The notes under the pieces were generated by a model. It worked only from the letters and a program-made list of their open reading frames with translations. It was not told the origin of the DNA and ran no database searches. Of a DNA stretch of 64,000 bases, positions 13,104 to 27,800 are shown in pieces. The stretch is from contig NGBS01000876.1 of NCBI GenBank assembly GCA_002245135.1, positions 1 to 64,000 on the forward strand, in the 5' to 3' direction. Position 1 is the stretch's first letter; each line of letters begins with the position of its first letter. A program made the translations under genes and the position numbers. The DNA comes from Proteromonas lacertae. Lineage: Eukaryota.

Positions 13104-15335
13104 ATGCCTTACGATTTTTCAATCCCTGTATCAAGTAAATCTGTTGGTGATATTTGTCGAGAGATAAATGATTATATGAAAGAAGAATTTTCGTATAAGT
13201 GTGTAGTTTCTAGTTTTTAGCTCTCCTTTAGGTTATTTTGGTTCAATAAATGCAAGTTATCAATTCTACACATACTATGCCGAATTTGTAGATGTAATGT
13301 TGAATAGAAATGGTCGTTTGTGTGATTATAGTGATGTTCCTTTTTATTATCGAATCAATGAAGATAAATGTGAATGTGTATGTGATTCAAAAAAAAGAAA
13401 GAGTGATCATGTGAGTAATGCAGTTCATTTTGTAAGATTGTTTAGTTTATTGAAGAATAATGAAGATAGCTCTTTATTATCCACTCTATTACACAGTAAT
13501 TCAATTCCTTCTGTTAGCTACAATTACAATGTAGAGAATTTACCATTAAAAACAAGAGAAATATTTGAGAATAACAGTAATAATCCATTACCTTCATTAT
13601 ATTATTATTTAACAAATCCTCCATTGATTTATTCTGGAAGATGTGAATATTTATCATTAAATATGATAGAATATTATTTATTCTCATTTTTACATTTTGG
13701 AAGTGATAATTGTAATAGAAGTGTAATATGTTGTTCAAATAAAGATTCAAAAATCAAAAGTCAATATAATTTGAGTGTATCAATGATCTGTAATGATATA
13801 TATTCGAATTTGTGTTTAGAATATTATAATAGTTTATTTGAAAACCGACGAGAATTGAAGTTAAATATGAATATGCCAGATGTGAGAAATATTGATGAAA
13901 AATATCGATATTCAATCGAATTAATAAATGGAATAATGGAATTTTGGTTAAATAAAAACAATATATATCGTTATAATAAGAATAGTTTATATTTTGATGA
14001 AAAATTCACATTATGTGTATGTATATACAATTGTTATATATAATGAATTAGAATTACAATAGTCCCAATTTGAACTTATTAAAAGGCTTATTTGGTTTAA
14101 TAGTGTTTTTATTATCTGACACAATAACAAGTCAAAAGAGTATTATTATGTTAATTATAATATATATATATATATATAAATGAATAGATGAGAATATGTT
14201 ATTAGAATTAATCGAAAAACCATTATTTGAGTTTCTTTCATTGGGTTTAGAATTCTGTGAATTTAATGATAATATTTCCTATTTAATGGTATTTTATATT
14301 CATCATCTTGTAATATTTATGAATAGATGGTTGATATTTGGTTATCTTTATTAGAACCATGGAATTGTAATGATAGATTATATAGTAAAAATGCTTTTGA
14401 AACAATATCAAAACCATCTTCCTCTCCTTCAACAATAAAAACATCGCCAACCAAAACATTACAATCAGCTGCTTCCGTATTATCAAAGAAAATAATGAGA
14501 AAAGAAAGAAAATCATATAATAATGAATGGGAATATTATATTGAGAATCATTATCCAGTATATTGTGTTATTTATTTATCGAATAGTTTTATATTTTGTT
14601 ATTAGGTCAATGTTTGAAAGGAATTAAAAGAGAATTAGATTATAATCGATCTTATAATATGATTGATGTAGTTTTAAAAGTATATATTAATATTTTATTT
14701 TATATATTTTTAAGCATATTTCTTTGATTTATACCAAAGATTTAGTGAAAATGTTGAGAGAAATAGGAAAAATGATAAGAAGAAATGAGAATGAAAAAAT
14801 TGGTGATTTACATTCAATTTATGAAAAACTGAATTTGAATAGTGAATTTTTGTGTGAAATAAGTAAATACAAATCATTGGCAATAAAAATAATCTGTTTA
14901 ATTCGTAATAGTGATAGAAAAGAAAAGCCATCAACAAATTGTTTAAATGATATATTTGAAATAAGTGAAGAAGAAATAAGAAGAGTAAAAGAAGAAAGTG
15001 AAAATTGTATAATAAATAAAGAGAATCTATTGTATGATGAAGAAGATAATGAAATGAATGAGAATGAAAGAGAAAAGTTGATAAATGGAGAATATATTCG
15101 AGGAAATATGAATATAAAATATCATAATAATCCTTTATATAAGCCAATAACAATATATGAGAATAAAATGTTAGTTGAAATTCTGATAATAATATCTGAA
15201 TATATAACTAGAATAATATGTGATATTCGAAATGAAGAGAATGAAGATATAATAATAAATTTGCGAATTTTTGGTGATTATCGAAATATGTTATTTATAT
15301 TAGTAATAATATTGTTATTCAAGTTAATATTATAA
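13104..15335 (+). CDS. SMPD4: SMPD4 (neutral sphingomyelinase 3)-like protein, multi-exon (left-arm copy)
   Basis: LNMIEYYLFSF, IWLSLLEPW, WEYYIENH, NPLYKPITIYE and INLRIFGDYR plus a C-terminal TM segment resemble conserved SMPD4 blocks (recalled, not searched). Confidence 0.72.
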
Positions 15336-15839
15336 AAATATCGTTGTTTTTTGAATTGTTTCTTAATAGTTGATGATTAAAAAAGAAAATAATAGAATTG
15401 AGAATATTCTCATAATCATTGTTTGTAAAATGATATTACTAATAAAATAACAATATCACATAAAATATTTATGTTATTTTGAAATATTTCCTGAATAAAA
15501 TAATTACACAACATCTTAATATATTTATATTACTTATACATGTTTTTTAACTTCTATAATCTTGAATTTTTAAAAAGAAAAAAACTGAATCAAAAAACGA
15601 CTATTTATTTTGAAACATCAAACAAGTTTGAAAATATTTTGCTGAAATTTACACCTAGATGATTTAAAACTCTGAATATTATCATATAAAATCCAACTAT
15701 TCTATGCAGTTTACATTAACTGAGAATAGAAACATCAGAACAGCAAAAATCAATAAAAGTGGTTATACATCACAGTAACGATATTAATGTCGTTGTGATC
15801 ATGAATGTTGATGAATGATGAATTAGAATGGTAAAATGA

Positions 15840-17040
15840 ATGAAAAAAGAAAGAAAAAAGAAAATTGAAACGACTCAAATTTCAGAAATGTTAAATCATC
15901 ATATAGAAGAGATATTGAAATATAAATTACCGAAATTAGAAGTATGCTTAATTTATATATGTAATAGATCAAAGAAAGAAAAGAAAAGAATGAAAATGAA
16001 GTAGAATTGGTAATTAAACATGAAAATAATTGCAGAGTAGTTAAAATGTTGAATACCAATGGAATTAAAGAGAAGAAGATATTGAAATTTAGTGAAAATA
16101 ATTGTTTTCTGTTAGATTGTTGTTCATTTTGTACCTATCCTTCAGAAATACAGATCATCCGGTGTAATATGATGATGTTGGAAAGAGAGTATTATATGCA
16201 AGATTTAGAGGGGTTAATTCAAAATAAAACCATTTCTAGTGATGATAAATGTAAAATTATTCTATCAATTTGTGATATATTGATGATATTCAATGAATGT
16301 GGAATAGTGATAAGTAATTTGAAGAGTTCTAATGTGATATATAAAGATGACGGTGAAATGAAGTTATGTGATTTATTCTTGAACTTATTAAGAAAAGAAG
16401 AAGATATGAGAATATATGATATTTGTTTCAAAAGTCCAGAAGAGTTGAATGGATTAGAATGTAATGAGAAAAGTGTGATTTGGTCAATTGGATGTATTTT
16501 ATATGAGATAATAAACAAGAAATTACCATTTAATGAAGATAATAATATGATTAGAACAATGAATAATATTTTGATATGTAAATACAGTTTTAAAAGAAAA
16601 AGTAACAAGAAAATGAAAGAAACGATAGAGAAAATGTTGAAAGTGAAGAGTGAAGATAGATTGAGTTTTAAAGAGTTGAGAAAAGAAATGATGAAAATGA
16701 GTGAAATATTGAGAAATTGTAATAATGATTTTGTGATATGTGAAGAAAGGAAAAGAATATTATTAAGAAATGATTTTAATGTGTTTATGATTTATACAAA
16801 AAGAAATTGTCTTAAATGTAGTAAAAATAAATATGAATGTATAAATTATTTATTAATATGTGAATAGTTGTTCGAGATTTATCTATAGCATATTATAATA
16901 ATAATTCAGATGAAAGGGCATTTGTATTGCTATTAATGATGAAATTATTTAGGGGAGATAATTCAATAAATAATAAATTAAAATTTCAGATATATAATAA
17001 ATGTATATTTAACATAGAAAAAATAAAATTATATAGATAA
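15840..17040 (+). CDS. NEK-like pseudokinase with short C-terminal tail (no LRRs), 2 introns
   Basis: ISNLKSSN (in place of HRDLKxxN), DLF (in place of DFG), KSPE, IWSIGCILYE; exon 1 MKKERKKKIE; final exon FVRDLSIAYY...KLYR* ends at 17040. Confidence 0.72.
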
Positions 17041-17070
17041 AATATATTATTTTATATTAGATATATTAAA

Positions 17071-18329
17071 TTACTTCTTTGAATTTTGTTTATTAGATAT
17101 ACTTTTTGACTTTTTCATTCTCTTTGATTTAGATTTATTAATTGATTTCTGTCTTTGTTCTATATATTGTTGTCTTAATTTCTGTTTCTTTAATTCACTT
17201 GGCAATATATCATATGGTTTAGCAAATTCATCATAATTACTTTCTTTTTTATTCATACTTGGTATTGCCTTTAATTTATTCCTCATTTCATTTACTAATT
17301 TATCATGTTCAGCTCTGGCAGCTTTCTTCTTCGCTTTTTCTTCTTCAGTTTTCTTTACCAAATTCTATTTAAAGATAACAACAATAAATATACATTAATA
17401 TATTTTCTAAATAAGTATTTCTTATAACATCTAACAATCTTTCTTCCTTCACTTTCATAATGTGCTCTTGGATGATCTTCTATTTGATGATTATGTATAT
17501 TGCTATTAATATCATGATATTTCTCACAACAAGATGGAACTCCAAGTATTTCACTTTTCTATACACATAATAATAATAATAATAATAATAATACCATGCA
17601 ATAATCTTTATTACATTCAACACAATGTCTACTAGCAGGTTTATTACATCCACAACACCTTGCTTTTAATATATACAATATAGAATCAGATGGTGGTTTA
17701 TTAGAACATTTATCAGGAACATGTTCGAATTTTATACAAGTGTCACATAATGGTCTAGCACACCACAAACATATTTGATTAGTAGCTCTAACACTACAAA
17801 TAGAACAATATCTATATCCAGGTGGTAAATCATCTTTAAGTAGTTTATATTTATGATTAATTCTTTTACCTTTCTTATGTATTCTATCATAACATTCAAT
17901 ACAATAACTATCTTCGCAATCTTCGCATTGTCTAATAGCAATTTTACTTTCACATTCACTACAAACTGAAGCACCAGGTACAAACTTTATATATTTATGA
18001 TTCTTTCTATTGTCACTCTTATGTAAGGCTTTGAAATGTTCTAAACAATAACTATCACCATCACAATCTTCGCATAATATTGTGGCTAATAGATTACATT
18101 GAATACATCTCAATGCATGATCTTTATTACGTTTAGATTTACATATATGATAAATATGTCTTTGTTTATTATCAATTTGTTCATGAATCAGTGCATAACA
18201 GTTGAAACAATATTCTCTATTATTACCACAACCTTCACATTCATAGACACTATCATTCTTATGACAATTACAACATTTACCTTCAGGAACATCAACCATT
18301 TTTCTCTATAAAATATAAATAAATATGAA

Positions 18330-18360
<31 letters not shown>

Positions 18361-21300
18361 CTCTGAGATTTGGCCACATTCCATAAGGTCTAACAGGAAC
18401 ATCAATTGGTTTCTCCCATCTTGTTTCACCAGTTGGTAAATGTTTATAATATTTCCTCTTCAAGAATGGATGGAATTGTTCTTCCCATTCTGCGTAATAT
18501 AGTTTATGTAACTTTTCAGCTTCTTTCTTACTCAATATACATCTCCAGAATGATGCTATTCTTGTCACTGCATTACTGTATCTTTGACGAATACCTTTAA
18601 CTATTCTTCTACCTATATAACCACGATATACACACTATAAAAATAAATAACAAATAAATATATATACTTGAACTTTTACTACAGCTTCATCAAATGCTAA
18701 GATTCTATCAAATAGTTTTCTTATATAAACAGCAGCATCTTTTGGTGTTTGATTTAGATATATTTCATCTACTTTAGTTTTACCATTCATTAAAATATCC
18801 TTCAATTTATCAATCTTCATTAATGAAATATAAACAATCGATCTTAATAGTGAATTATGGTATAATATATAAAGTGAGTGAATATCTTCATCAGTTGAGA
18901 CTATATACTTATTATTATTCAAAAATGCAGTAATTTCACCTAAATTAGGAGGAATTCTCGGATATTCATCAAATAAACCAATTAATTGTCCTATTGATAT
19001 TTTATGATTATTACATTGAACCATATATTCATTTAGATTCTTTAAAAACTCATTTACTCGATGAGGATACTTTGGATAATTTATTAAAAACAAATTCCTT
19101 GGTCCATCCATTAATTGTGTTTTTCCTTTTGGTAAATAAGCCAATGAATGATCATTGTCTTCTACAATAGAAAGTGAAAAATTCTCAGTATCTTTATCAT
19201 TTAAACAACTCATTATTCTTAATCTATTTTGACTGGAATTTACACCAATATGTTCTAGTTTTTCATTTGTTAAGTTGTTAATTACTTGTAGTTTTATTGA
19301 TGGATCTCTATTATTGTGATAGATTAAATCAGAATCAGGTCTTGTATAATAGATATTATCACTTTCTAATGTTATTTTCATTCCTTTCTTCTTCAATAAC
19401 TGTTGCCTTCTCATAATTTCTACATTTCTTTCCAATACTTTACCTTCTAATGTCAATCTGATAATTTCATCATCTTTATACATATGCTTTATATTTTCTT
19501 TAATATATGACAAGCCAAGCCTGTTCAAATACATTTCACAATCTAATCCTTCCTTATAATAACCAATCCAAGCAATATTTGTACCTCTTCTAATACACTC
19601 TTTAATGTATTTAGATAAATAGAAATTATTGATCTTATTCTTTACCATCTTTCTATCTCTATAACCTCTATAAATCCTTTGTATTTCAATAATTGCAAAT
19701 ATTTCATAATAGTTATACTCAATTCTTTGACAATATTTATGTGTATTTATATTGTAATATAATATCTCATGAGTCTTTGGATTAATATGATACCAATAAC
19801 CATAACGTGGAGCAACAAATGTATATTCAAATTTAATACTCACATTATTATTCGAGCTTGAATCAAGCCATTCATAATATCTATTTCTCAGATCAACCCA
19901 TTTCTGGAAATGTGTATCAAATAATAACAAGTGTCTTCTCGTTCTTTTATCATAATCCATTACTAATGCATTTCTAAAATGATTATCACTTTCACAGTGG
20001 AATGTTTTATCATCTATTATCATTACAGATGATTCATTTCTCACTCTGATATCTTGTTCTAATTGACGTATTTCTGCCATTATTTCATTATATTCTGTTT
20101 TGATTGGTAATAACATATTCGACACTTCAAATTCACTAACTGGTGGAATACCTTTTGCACCACTAAATCCTAATCTTTGACCTATTGTTTTACTTAGATT
20201 TTTACTATTTGTAGCTTTCCTTGCAGGTGTAGGAACAACAGCAGGAAGAGTAGTAGTACTATTAGAAGCTGTATTAATCGTCAATTTATTCTGTTTCTTA
20301 GGATTTTTCTTCTTATAATAACTTCTCTTTAATGATTGATAATAATCCAACATACTTTCTAAAGGATCAATATCTTTCTTCAATTGTAAGATACGAGCTT
20401 TATATTTAGATATTTGATTCTCAGCGGAATTATTATCTGCAATTCTTTTCAATCTTTCTGATTCCATTCTATCTGCAATTGATTCTCTAACATCAGGCCA
20501 ATCATCATTATTCCACATTAATAATCTCAACTTTCTACCTATTGCTTCTCTTCCAACATGACCTTCTTCTTTAGTTGGTAATATACTGTTTATTGCTAAT
20601 TTATAATTGTATTTAATAGAGATTAGTTGACTTCTCTTTTGTTTATTTGATTCTAATTCATATTCTTTAGCTTTCTCTACACGTTTTCTTCTTTCTTCAT
20701 ACTTTCTTCTATTTCTCTGTAATCTATTCTTTGCTAATTTCATTCTTAGTACAGATTGAATAACAACAACTGCTTTAAACTCGGGTATAGTATAAATCAC
20801 TCTATCAGGCGATGTTTCATTTGTTTCTTTATTTAAGAAATACACTTTCTTCTCTTTATTTAATGCTTTACTCCATCCATATCTTGATACCATTACTAAT
20901 TGAGATAATATTCTGTTTCTCTCTTGATGTTCCATCCACTTTCTAAATCTTGTATTATCTTCTTCTACCATTTTATCCCATGCTTTTCGAACTCTATCCA
21001 CTTTATAATACGATATGTATTCATATAATATCTTATCTCTTCGTAATTGTTTCAATATCTTCTGAGATTTCTTCCATTCTAAATACCTTGACATAAATCT
21101 CTGTATAATAATTACTTTATTATTATCAATATATAGTTTATGTAATATATTGTACATCTTTACTAATGATTGGTTCATTGGGATATTCTCTACAGCTTCA
21201 GCTATTCTACCTGCTTCTCGACACATTGATATATTTGGACATAAATCACTTATTCTTAAACATGCACTAGTAAACAGATTTAAAGCAACTTGAAGTCTTT

Positions 21301-24300
21301 CATTCTCATACTTTATCTCACTATCTGCATTTTCCCATTTTATCAATTCTTCTTCTATATTATTCTTAATCATACCAACATTATCAACATATTTTCTTAA
21401 GAATCTTCTAACACATAAAAATGACAATTCTGGAGCTAATATTGCTTGTTTTGCAAAGTTAATTGATCTAACTTTCCTATTGGGAAATACTCTTAGGAGT
21501 TCCTTCTTCAAATCATCTTCAGTACTTATTAATCCAATACCTAACATAATAGGTTTAGAATGTTGAAATAATCCAGAGATATTGTTCTTATCATATTCTT
21601 CAGTTATTCCACATTGTTCTAACTCTGTCTCAGACATTGTCCTCAATTGTTCAATACTGTTACAACCGTTATTCTGAAATTGTACAACGTATGAATGTAA
21701 ACCTAACCTTCTTAACAACATTGGCAATCTCATTCCTACTAATTCATCAGTTGGACTGTAATAATTTTGAATATCTTTTAATGCACTAGATATTATATCT
21801 CTTATATCATTTCTATCACGATATAAACCAGTCTTTCTTGTTTTATTCAATCGAATATGCCTTCTCAAATTCCTTCTATCTATGAATCTTCTATAATTCT
21901 TTTCTATTATGTTTGCTTTTCTATTTAATAATTCCTTATATTCTACTTCATGAATATACCTCTTATATCTTAAATACATCTTAATTATCTTCTGTATTTT
22001 AATTATATTCACTTTCATTATCTTACATGTTTTAGTTGTACATTCATCTAATTTCATTGGAATTATAAACTTTATCAATTTCTTACTTCTATACCTCACA
22101 TTCATTCGTAATATATTCAATCTCTTTAATCTAGCTAAATATCCTTTAATTATTCTTTGTAATAATCTTACACACGTTATTCTCTTCATATATCGTCTAA
22201 ACCTGAAGTGATGATATGCTCTTTGTATCTTTATAATATATTTATTCTGTTTTTCATATAATTCTCTTTCTTCTTCTTCTCTCATCTTTATTACTCTTCT
22301 ATGTAAATATCTCATCATTCTACCTGGTTTTTCATGCAGCCATACTCTTTGAATGGATCTAGCTGCATTATCTCTCTTGTGGTAGGTTATATAAATGAAA
22401 TTTTCTATTATTTTTCCAGATTTATAACGTAATCTCCAAATTGGTGCATTTTTCAAACCAATTTTCCATTGATGATGGAATTTATAAAACCTTTGAATTT
22501 TTTTTGCATTTAAATTCCTCTTATTCTTTCTCTCTATTTTACTTTTTAATTTATCACACAAATCAGAAATTGTCAAACATCTAATCAATACAAATGATGA
22601 AAAATCTCCAATATGTCTGAAATAACATCTTTGTATTTTCATAGCACATCTATTTAAGAAGTTATTATATTTTCTAATTGCATTAACTCTTCTCCTACCA
22701 ACCCAACCTCGATAAGCCATTTGAATCTTATGTGCCATTGTTGCATTTAACTCTTTACGAATCATCTTATCTTTAATCAATTGTTTGGCTTTCTGTTTAG
22801 ATAAATAGCATCTTACATTCATATGTAACATCATAGCTGCTAACTTCATCTTATCATATGTCTTAGTACTTCTCATCATACGAGCTAAAGCTTGAATCTT
22901 AATAATTGCTCCTCTTACTTTCTTGTAGTTTTTCAATGGTTTTATCATTCGTGCAAATGACTGCAATACTATAATAGCATGACGAATCTATTTTAATAAA
23001 TAATAAATAATTATATATATATATATATATATACAGTTAAATATCGTTTTCTACACACATATTTTCTTCTTAAAGTTTGTATATTCCTAGCTGCATAATA
23101 CTTCCTTCTTAACTTCTTAAATAATTTTCTATCTTTATAACCACGATATATCTTCTGAAACAATACAGCAGCAATTAATTGTTCATTTTTAACCAAATAA
23201 TCAACCCAAGTTTTCCATTTTTGAAAGCAAAATACGAAATATTTATCCACTTTTCTATTTCTACTTCTTTTTATAGTATTATCCATCATTGTGAGTGATT
23301 TTAATTGACAATTTTGTACATACCTTACTCTCTTCATATTCTTTACTAAATAATAAAATGCTTTTCGTTTAAGAGAGTATATTTGATACAAACCCCATTT
23401 GATGATAATTTTAGTTAATTTAGTCCTACAATAGTAAGCATCTCCCGCCTTTTCAAATAAGAATTTCAATGGTAAATTCTTTTTATTGGTAATAATCTGA
23501 GTATCTATTCTATTCTCAATCTTCTTTACTGATTTAGTAACATTCTTTAATATCTTTGATAACATATCAGTGGACTTGTGTAATGTTTGCATTACTATAT
23601 AATAATAATAATAATGATATATATATACTATTAACTCTCTTAACCCAATCTGGTGTTTCTTCATCATTATCATCACCAGGTGTATCATATAATATCATTT
23701 TATCAATATCATAAGGTAAACTATCACCAGATGGCATATCAGGTATTGGATAGCTATTATTTTCTCTCTCCTTCTCTTTCTGTATTTTCAATTGGTTTAT
23801 TAACACTGCAGGAATTACTGATCTCTGATTGGGTGGATTTAATTGATCCAATAATATATCAGCTGGTAATAATCTCTTTTTATTTACATTAATATTCTTT
23901 ACTTTATATGGGAAGAATAACACTGCTTTCGCTTGATTTATCTTCTTTATGTTTGGTGGTGTTGTACATCTTAATGGTTTAGTTGGTGATCTTAACTTTG
24001 TATTAATTGATAATGATTTTGATTTGATTGGTGTAATGGTATTTTTACTATTATTCTTAATATCTTTTTCTTTATTCTCTTCTTTTTGTGGTTGAGGTGT
24101 TTTTGGTGCATTTTGAATCTTGACCAATGGAAATTTTGGCACAATTACCACAGTTTCTCCATAAGGTGATTTTTCCATATTCTTTAACTCTATTTTCTTT
24201 GCCATATATTCATCATATCGTTTTAATTCATTTAAACTCATATATGATCTTTCTTTCCCACCTTTATAGGAAGTTACATTGTGAGTAGCTTTGTATGCAT

Positions 24301-25156
24301 CAAATGAATTAAATGCTAATTATAATAATAGATATATTATATATATACGTAAAAATTTTGGTGTAGTTGGTTCTGAATCAATTGTACTGAAGGATTGATT
24401 ATTATTATTATTATTATTGTTATTAATAGAAGGTAACACTAATGAGGATGTAGAAGATGTTGTACTATTAGGAGTGAGAGGTTTTATAGTAGCATGTTGA
24501 GGGGATGATAAATGAGATGATGAAGATGGAGGAAGTATAGCAGAACTTCGGTTAGGAGATGCTGTTGGTGATGGTACTGATGAATGCAATGCAGATGATG
24601 CATACATAGATACACGGGTAGGCTGGAACATAGAAGGTCTACGACTAATTTCAGGAATAGCTGGTGCAGCACTATTATTATTATACTATTATATATACTA
24701 TTCTGGATATGGATTCATTTTTAATAATTCTTGGTTATTTTGAAAGGAAGAATCTACAAATAAAGAGGATCTCTCTCCTGTTACTAGTGTAAGTGCCATA
24801 ATTGCATTTAAACGAACTCTAATTGCATCGTTCTTTGATATTGTGGATTGGGATTCAGCTTCATTGATTAAATATATTAATGAGCCAATTGTAGTATCAA
24901 TAGCTTGAATCTTGTCTTTAAATGTTGGATCCATTTTTAATATGTATGCAAGTGTACGAGCAGCTAAACCTCTACAGAATAATATCAAACAACAATACCT
25001 GTAATAATAAGAAGCAGATTGGTTGTTCAAAATACCTAACAACCTTTTCATACCACCTCCTTTCATAAATATTCCGTTATTCTTCTTCTTATCGATCATT
25101 GTTACTTGTACTAACCATGAAGCATCATTGCTTCTGTTTTTGAGATCACTCATCAT
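17071..25156 (-). CDS. Giant (~2600 aa) multidomain protein: ARM-like N-terminus, many IQ motifs, two SAM domains, WW domains, split Tudor-like domain, tandem B-box zinc fingers; 8 short introns
   Basis: All exon joins reconstructed in frame (PE Y^AAP, FL P^FNS, VN I^MQT, YLT^IRH, KVQ^CVYRG, NLR^RKM, YCM^KSE, YIN^NLV). IQxxxRG repeats; SAM LRRLGLHSYVVQFQNNG; WW WEEQFHPFLKRKYYKHLPTGETRWEKP; CxxC-x-C-xxC-x-CxxC-H-H B-boxes. Confidence 0.88.
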
Positions 25157-25341
25157 TTTTGATTATATAAATTCTAATATAATAGTTCCAAAAAGTCTAC
25201 TTTACTCTTAATAAAAAATATAAAACGAAAAATATTCAAGCCAAAGCTTGTATCAAAATAGAATAGAATAGAAAGTATTTATTTAAATAGAGATGCAAAT
25301 AAAATTATATTAAACACCACTCTTTTCATCTAAAACAAAAA

Positions 25342-25884
25342 ATGTCAAAAGATCCTAAGACTTGTATATATTAAAAACATAATTATTACTATTAGCTAAG
25401 CCAGCAGCTACTAAAGCTACCAAAGCAGCAAAAGCCTTAAAAAGACAACCACCAAAGGCTAATCCAGCTCACACACACTTCAACACTCACTTCCATCGTC
25501 CACACACTTTAAGACTCGCACGTAATCCAAAGTACGTAAGAAGCAGTATTCCAAAAGGACAAAAGTTAGATAAGTACAGAATTATCAGATTCCCATTAAC
25601 AACTGAAGCAGCAATGAAAAAAGTTGAAGTATAATTAATTACAAATAATATAATAGGACAACAACACCATTGTATTCATTGTTGATCTTAAAGCCAACAA
25701 AAGACAAATTAAACAAGCTGTAAACAAGTTATATGAAGTAAAGATCGTAAAAGTCAACACTTTAATTGAGTATTTATTCTAATTAGTAATTTTGTTTAGT
25801 ACTAAAGGAAGAAAGAAGGCTTTTGTAAAACTCAGTCCAGACAGTGATGCATTAGATGTTGCCAACAGAATTGGTATAATCTAA
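25342..25884 (+). CDS. RPL23A: 60S ribosomal protein L23a (uL23); introns 25364-25395, 25629-25656, 25770-25799; not in ORF track
   Basis: [27 protein letters not shown]^[35 protein letters not shown]. Confidence 0.97.
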
Positions 25885-25997
25885 ATAAGATGGTGTATGT
25901 TTTTAAAGCTGAAAGAGTGGCATTTGTTTTTTTGTTTTGGGTTTATATAATAGTTAAACAAATAATAATTAAAACATAAATAATCATTATCTACTTA

Positions 25998-26353
25998 TCA
26001 TTCATTCTTCTTTGAAACATTATCATTCATCTTTTTTTGACATATCATTGCAATTTCTTTATGCCAATCACATATTTTAGATAAACTGCTATTTAGTTGT
26101 ATTATTTTATCTCTCATTTTCTTTGTATTATCCTTAGACGATTTCTTTAAGCTAAGCTGTCTACTTATTTGATCTTGTAACTTCTGCATATCTCTAATTA
26201 TTTTCTATTACAAAAATATAAATATAGTAATTATACATCGTTTGCTATTAATTCTCTATTAATGTCAGAAAATCTAACTTTAAACTCCTTTGGCATCTGT
26301 TTTAATAAGTCCTCAAATGGTACCTTTTCAAGACCAGTATCAGTAACTGACAT
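25998..26353 (-). CDS. Small hypothetical coiled-coil protein, 1 intron
   Basis: MSVTDTGLEKVPF...LIAND^KIIRDMQKLQ... joined by a GT-AG intron at ~26206-26236. Confidence 0.55.
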
Positions 26354-26445
26354 TATTAAACTATTATACTTTTCACAAAGAGATAAAAATAAAAAATAGC
26401 AAAAGCAAACAAACTTGAATCAAGCCTATTTATCATTTTGATGAA

Positions 26446-27636
26446 ATGGAAGAGCCATTATCAAAATTAAAGTGCTCTTCAGAAGTATTTTAACATATTT
26501 TAATATGTTCTAGGTGTTTGATATAATATTTTCATCAAATTCTTCAACTGTATATGCTGGGCTTGTTTCTGGAGAGATTTCACAGTATTCATCTTTATTG
26601 TAATGTATTTATATAGATATACCATATCAGATAATGAATTATCTATAAAGTCTACAATACCACCAATATCCACTCAGAACTCACCATCAGTTCAATCAAT
26701 GATATGTTTGAATGATTTAATGATTGTAGGTTATGGTAACGGAGCAATATATTCTTATGATTCTTCAAACAAAAAGCAATGGGAAATAAAACCAAATAAA
26801 AGTTATGCTGTTTCAAAACTTTATTCAATAAAAGATTATACATTTGTCAATGGTAAAGATGATGGAACAATACAATTGTTTGATATAAGAAAGTATAATA
26901 CACCATTTTATGAAGTAAAAGAAGCACTTGATTATATATCTGATTTATGTGTAACATCAGATAAAAATAGTTTATATTACACAAGTGGAGATGGTACACT
27001 ATCATTAATTAACTTAAAACGAAGTAAACATGAATTTAGAATAGATCTTGACGATGAATTATTATCACTAACAATAGTAAAGAATGATTCAAAGCTACTA
27101 CTAGGAACACAAGAAGGAAATATAGAGATATTTAAAATTGGCGAATGGGAAGATACTTTCAACAGATTTACTGGCCATCCTAACTGTGTAGATAATATGT
27201 TGAAATTAGATGAAGATACTGTACTTACAGGATCAAGCGATGGTATGATTAGAGTAATATCTATTCTACCGAATAAATTCCTTGGAGTGTTGGGAGGACA
27301 TGATGATTTTCCTATTCAGACTATGAAATGGAGTGATAATAGACAATTTATTGCAAGTGCTAGTGTAGATTGCGTTAGATTATGGAATGCAAAGGTTTTA
27401 ACAGATGATGATGATGATGATAGTGAAGAAGAAAATGAAGAAAAAAAGAGAGAACAGAATGAAAATGATGATAAGGAGAAAGATAGTAATTCTGATAGTG
27501 AAGATGAAGATAATTCAAAAAATAGAAAATGTATATTCATTAATTACACTATTTTATAGCTAATAAACGTAAAAACCCGATCGATAAAAGCAATCCTACT
27601 AAAAAATCTTATGGTGGATTCTTTGATGATTTGTAA
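26446..27636 (+). CDS. WDR55: WD40-repeat ribosome-biogenesis protein WDR55/Jip5, 3 introns
   Basis: TSGDGTLS, GTQEG, RFTGHPNCVD, LTGSSDGMIR, PNKFLGVLGGH, acidic tail and terminal FFDDL*. Confidence 0.88.
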
Positions 27637-27800
27637 ATATTCGTATGTTTTTATTTTTATACTGCATTATTTGGATTTTTATTGTAGAAAATAAAATATA
27701 TAAAAAGAGAAAAATAAGAAATAAGAAAATAAACTGTTATTTTGTTCAGTGATTATCGTTTCTTCTTGATTAATAAGATTTTTTATATTCCTTGATTAAA

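Larger units (their letters stand above)
1..16680. repeat. Left arm of large inverted duplication (runs off window start)
   Basis: Position 1 (tcatctattgattatattc) is the reverse complement of the sequence ending at 50646. Every ORF in 1-16680 has a mirror ORF in 31135-50646. Near-identity ends at ~16678 (gtgaagatagattgagttttaaagagttg) vs ~31136. Confidence 0.97.
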
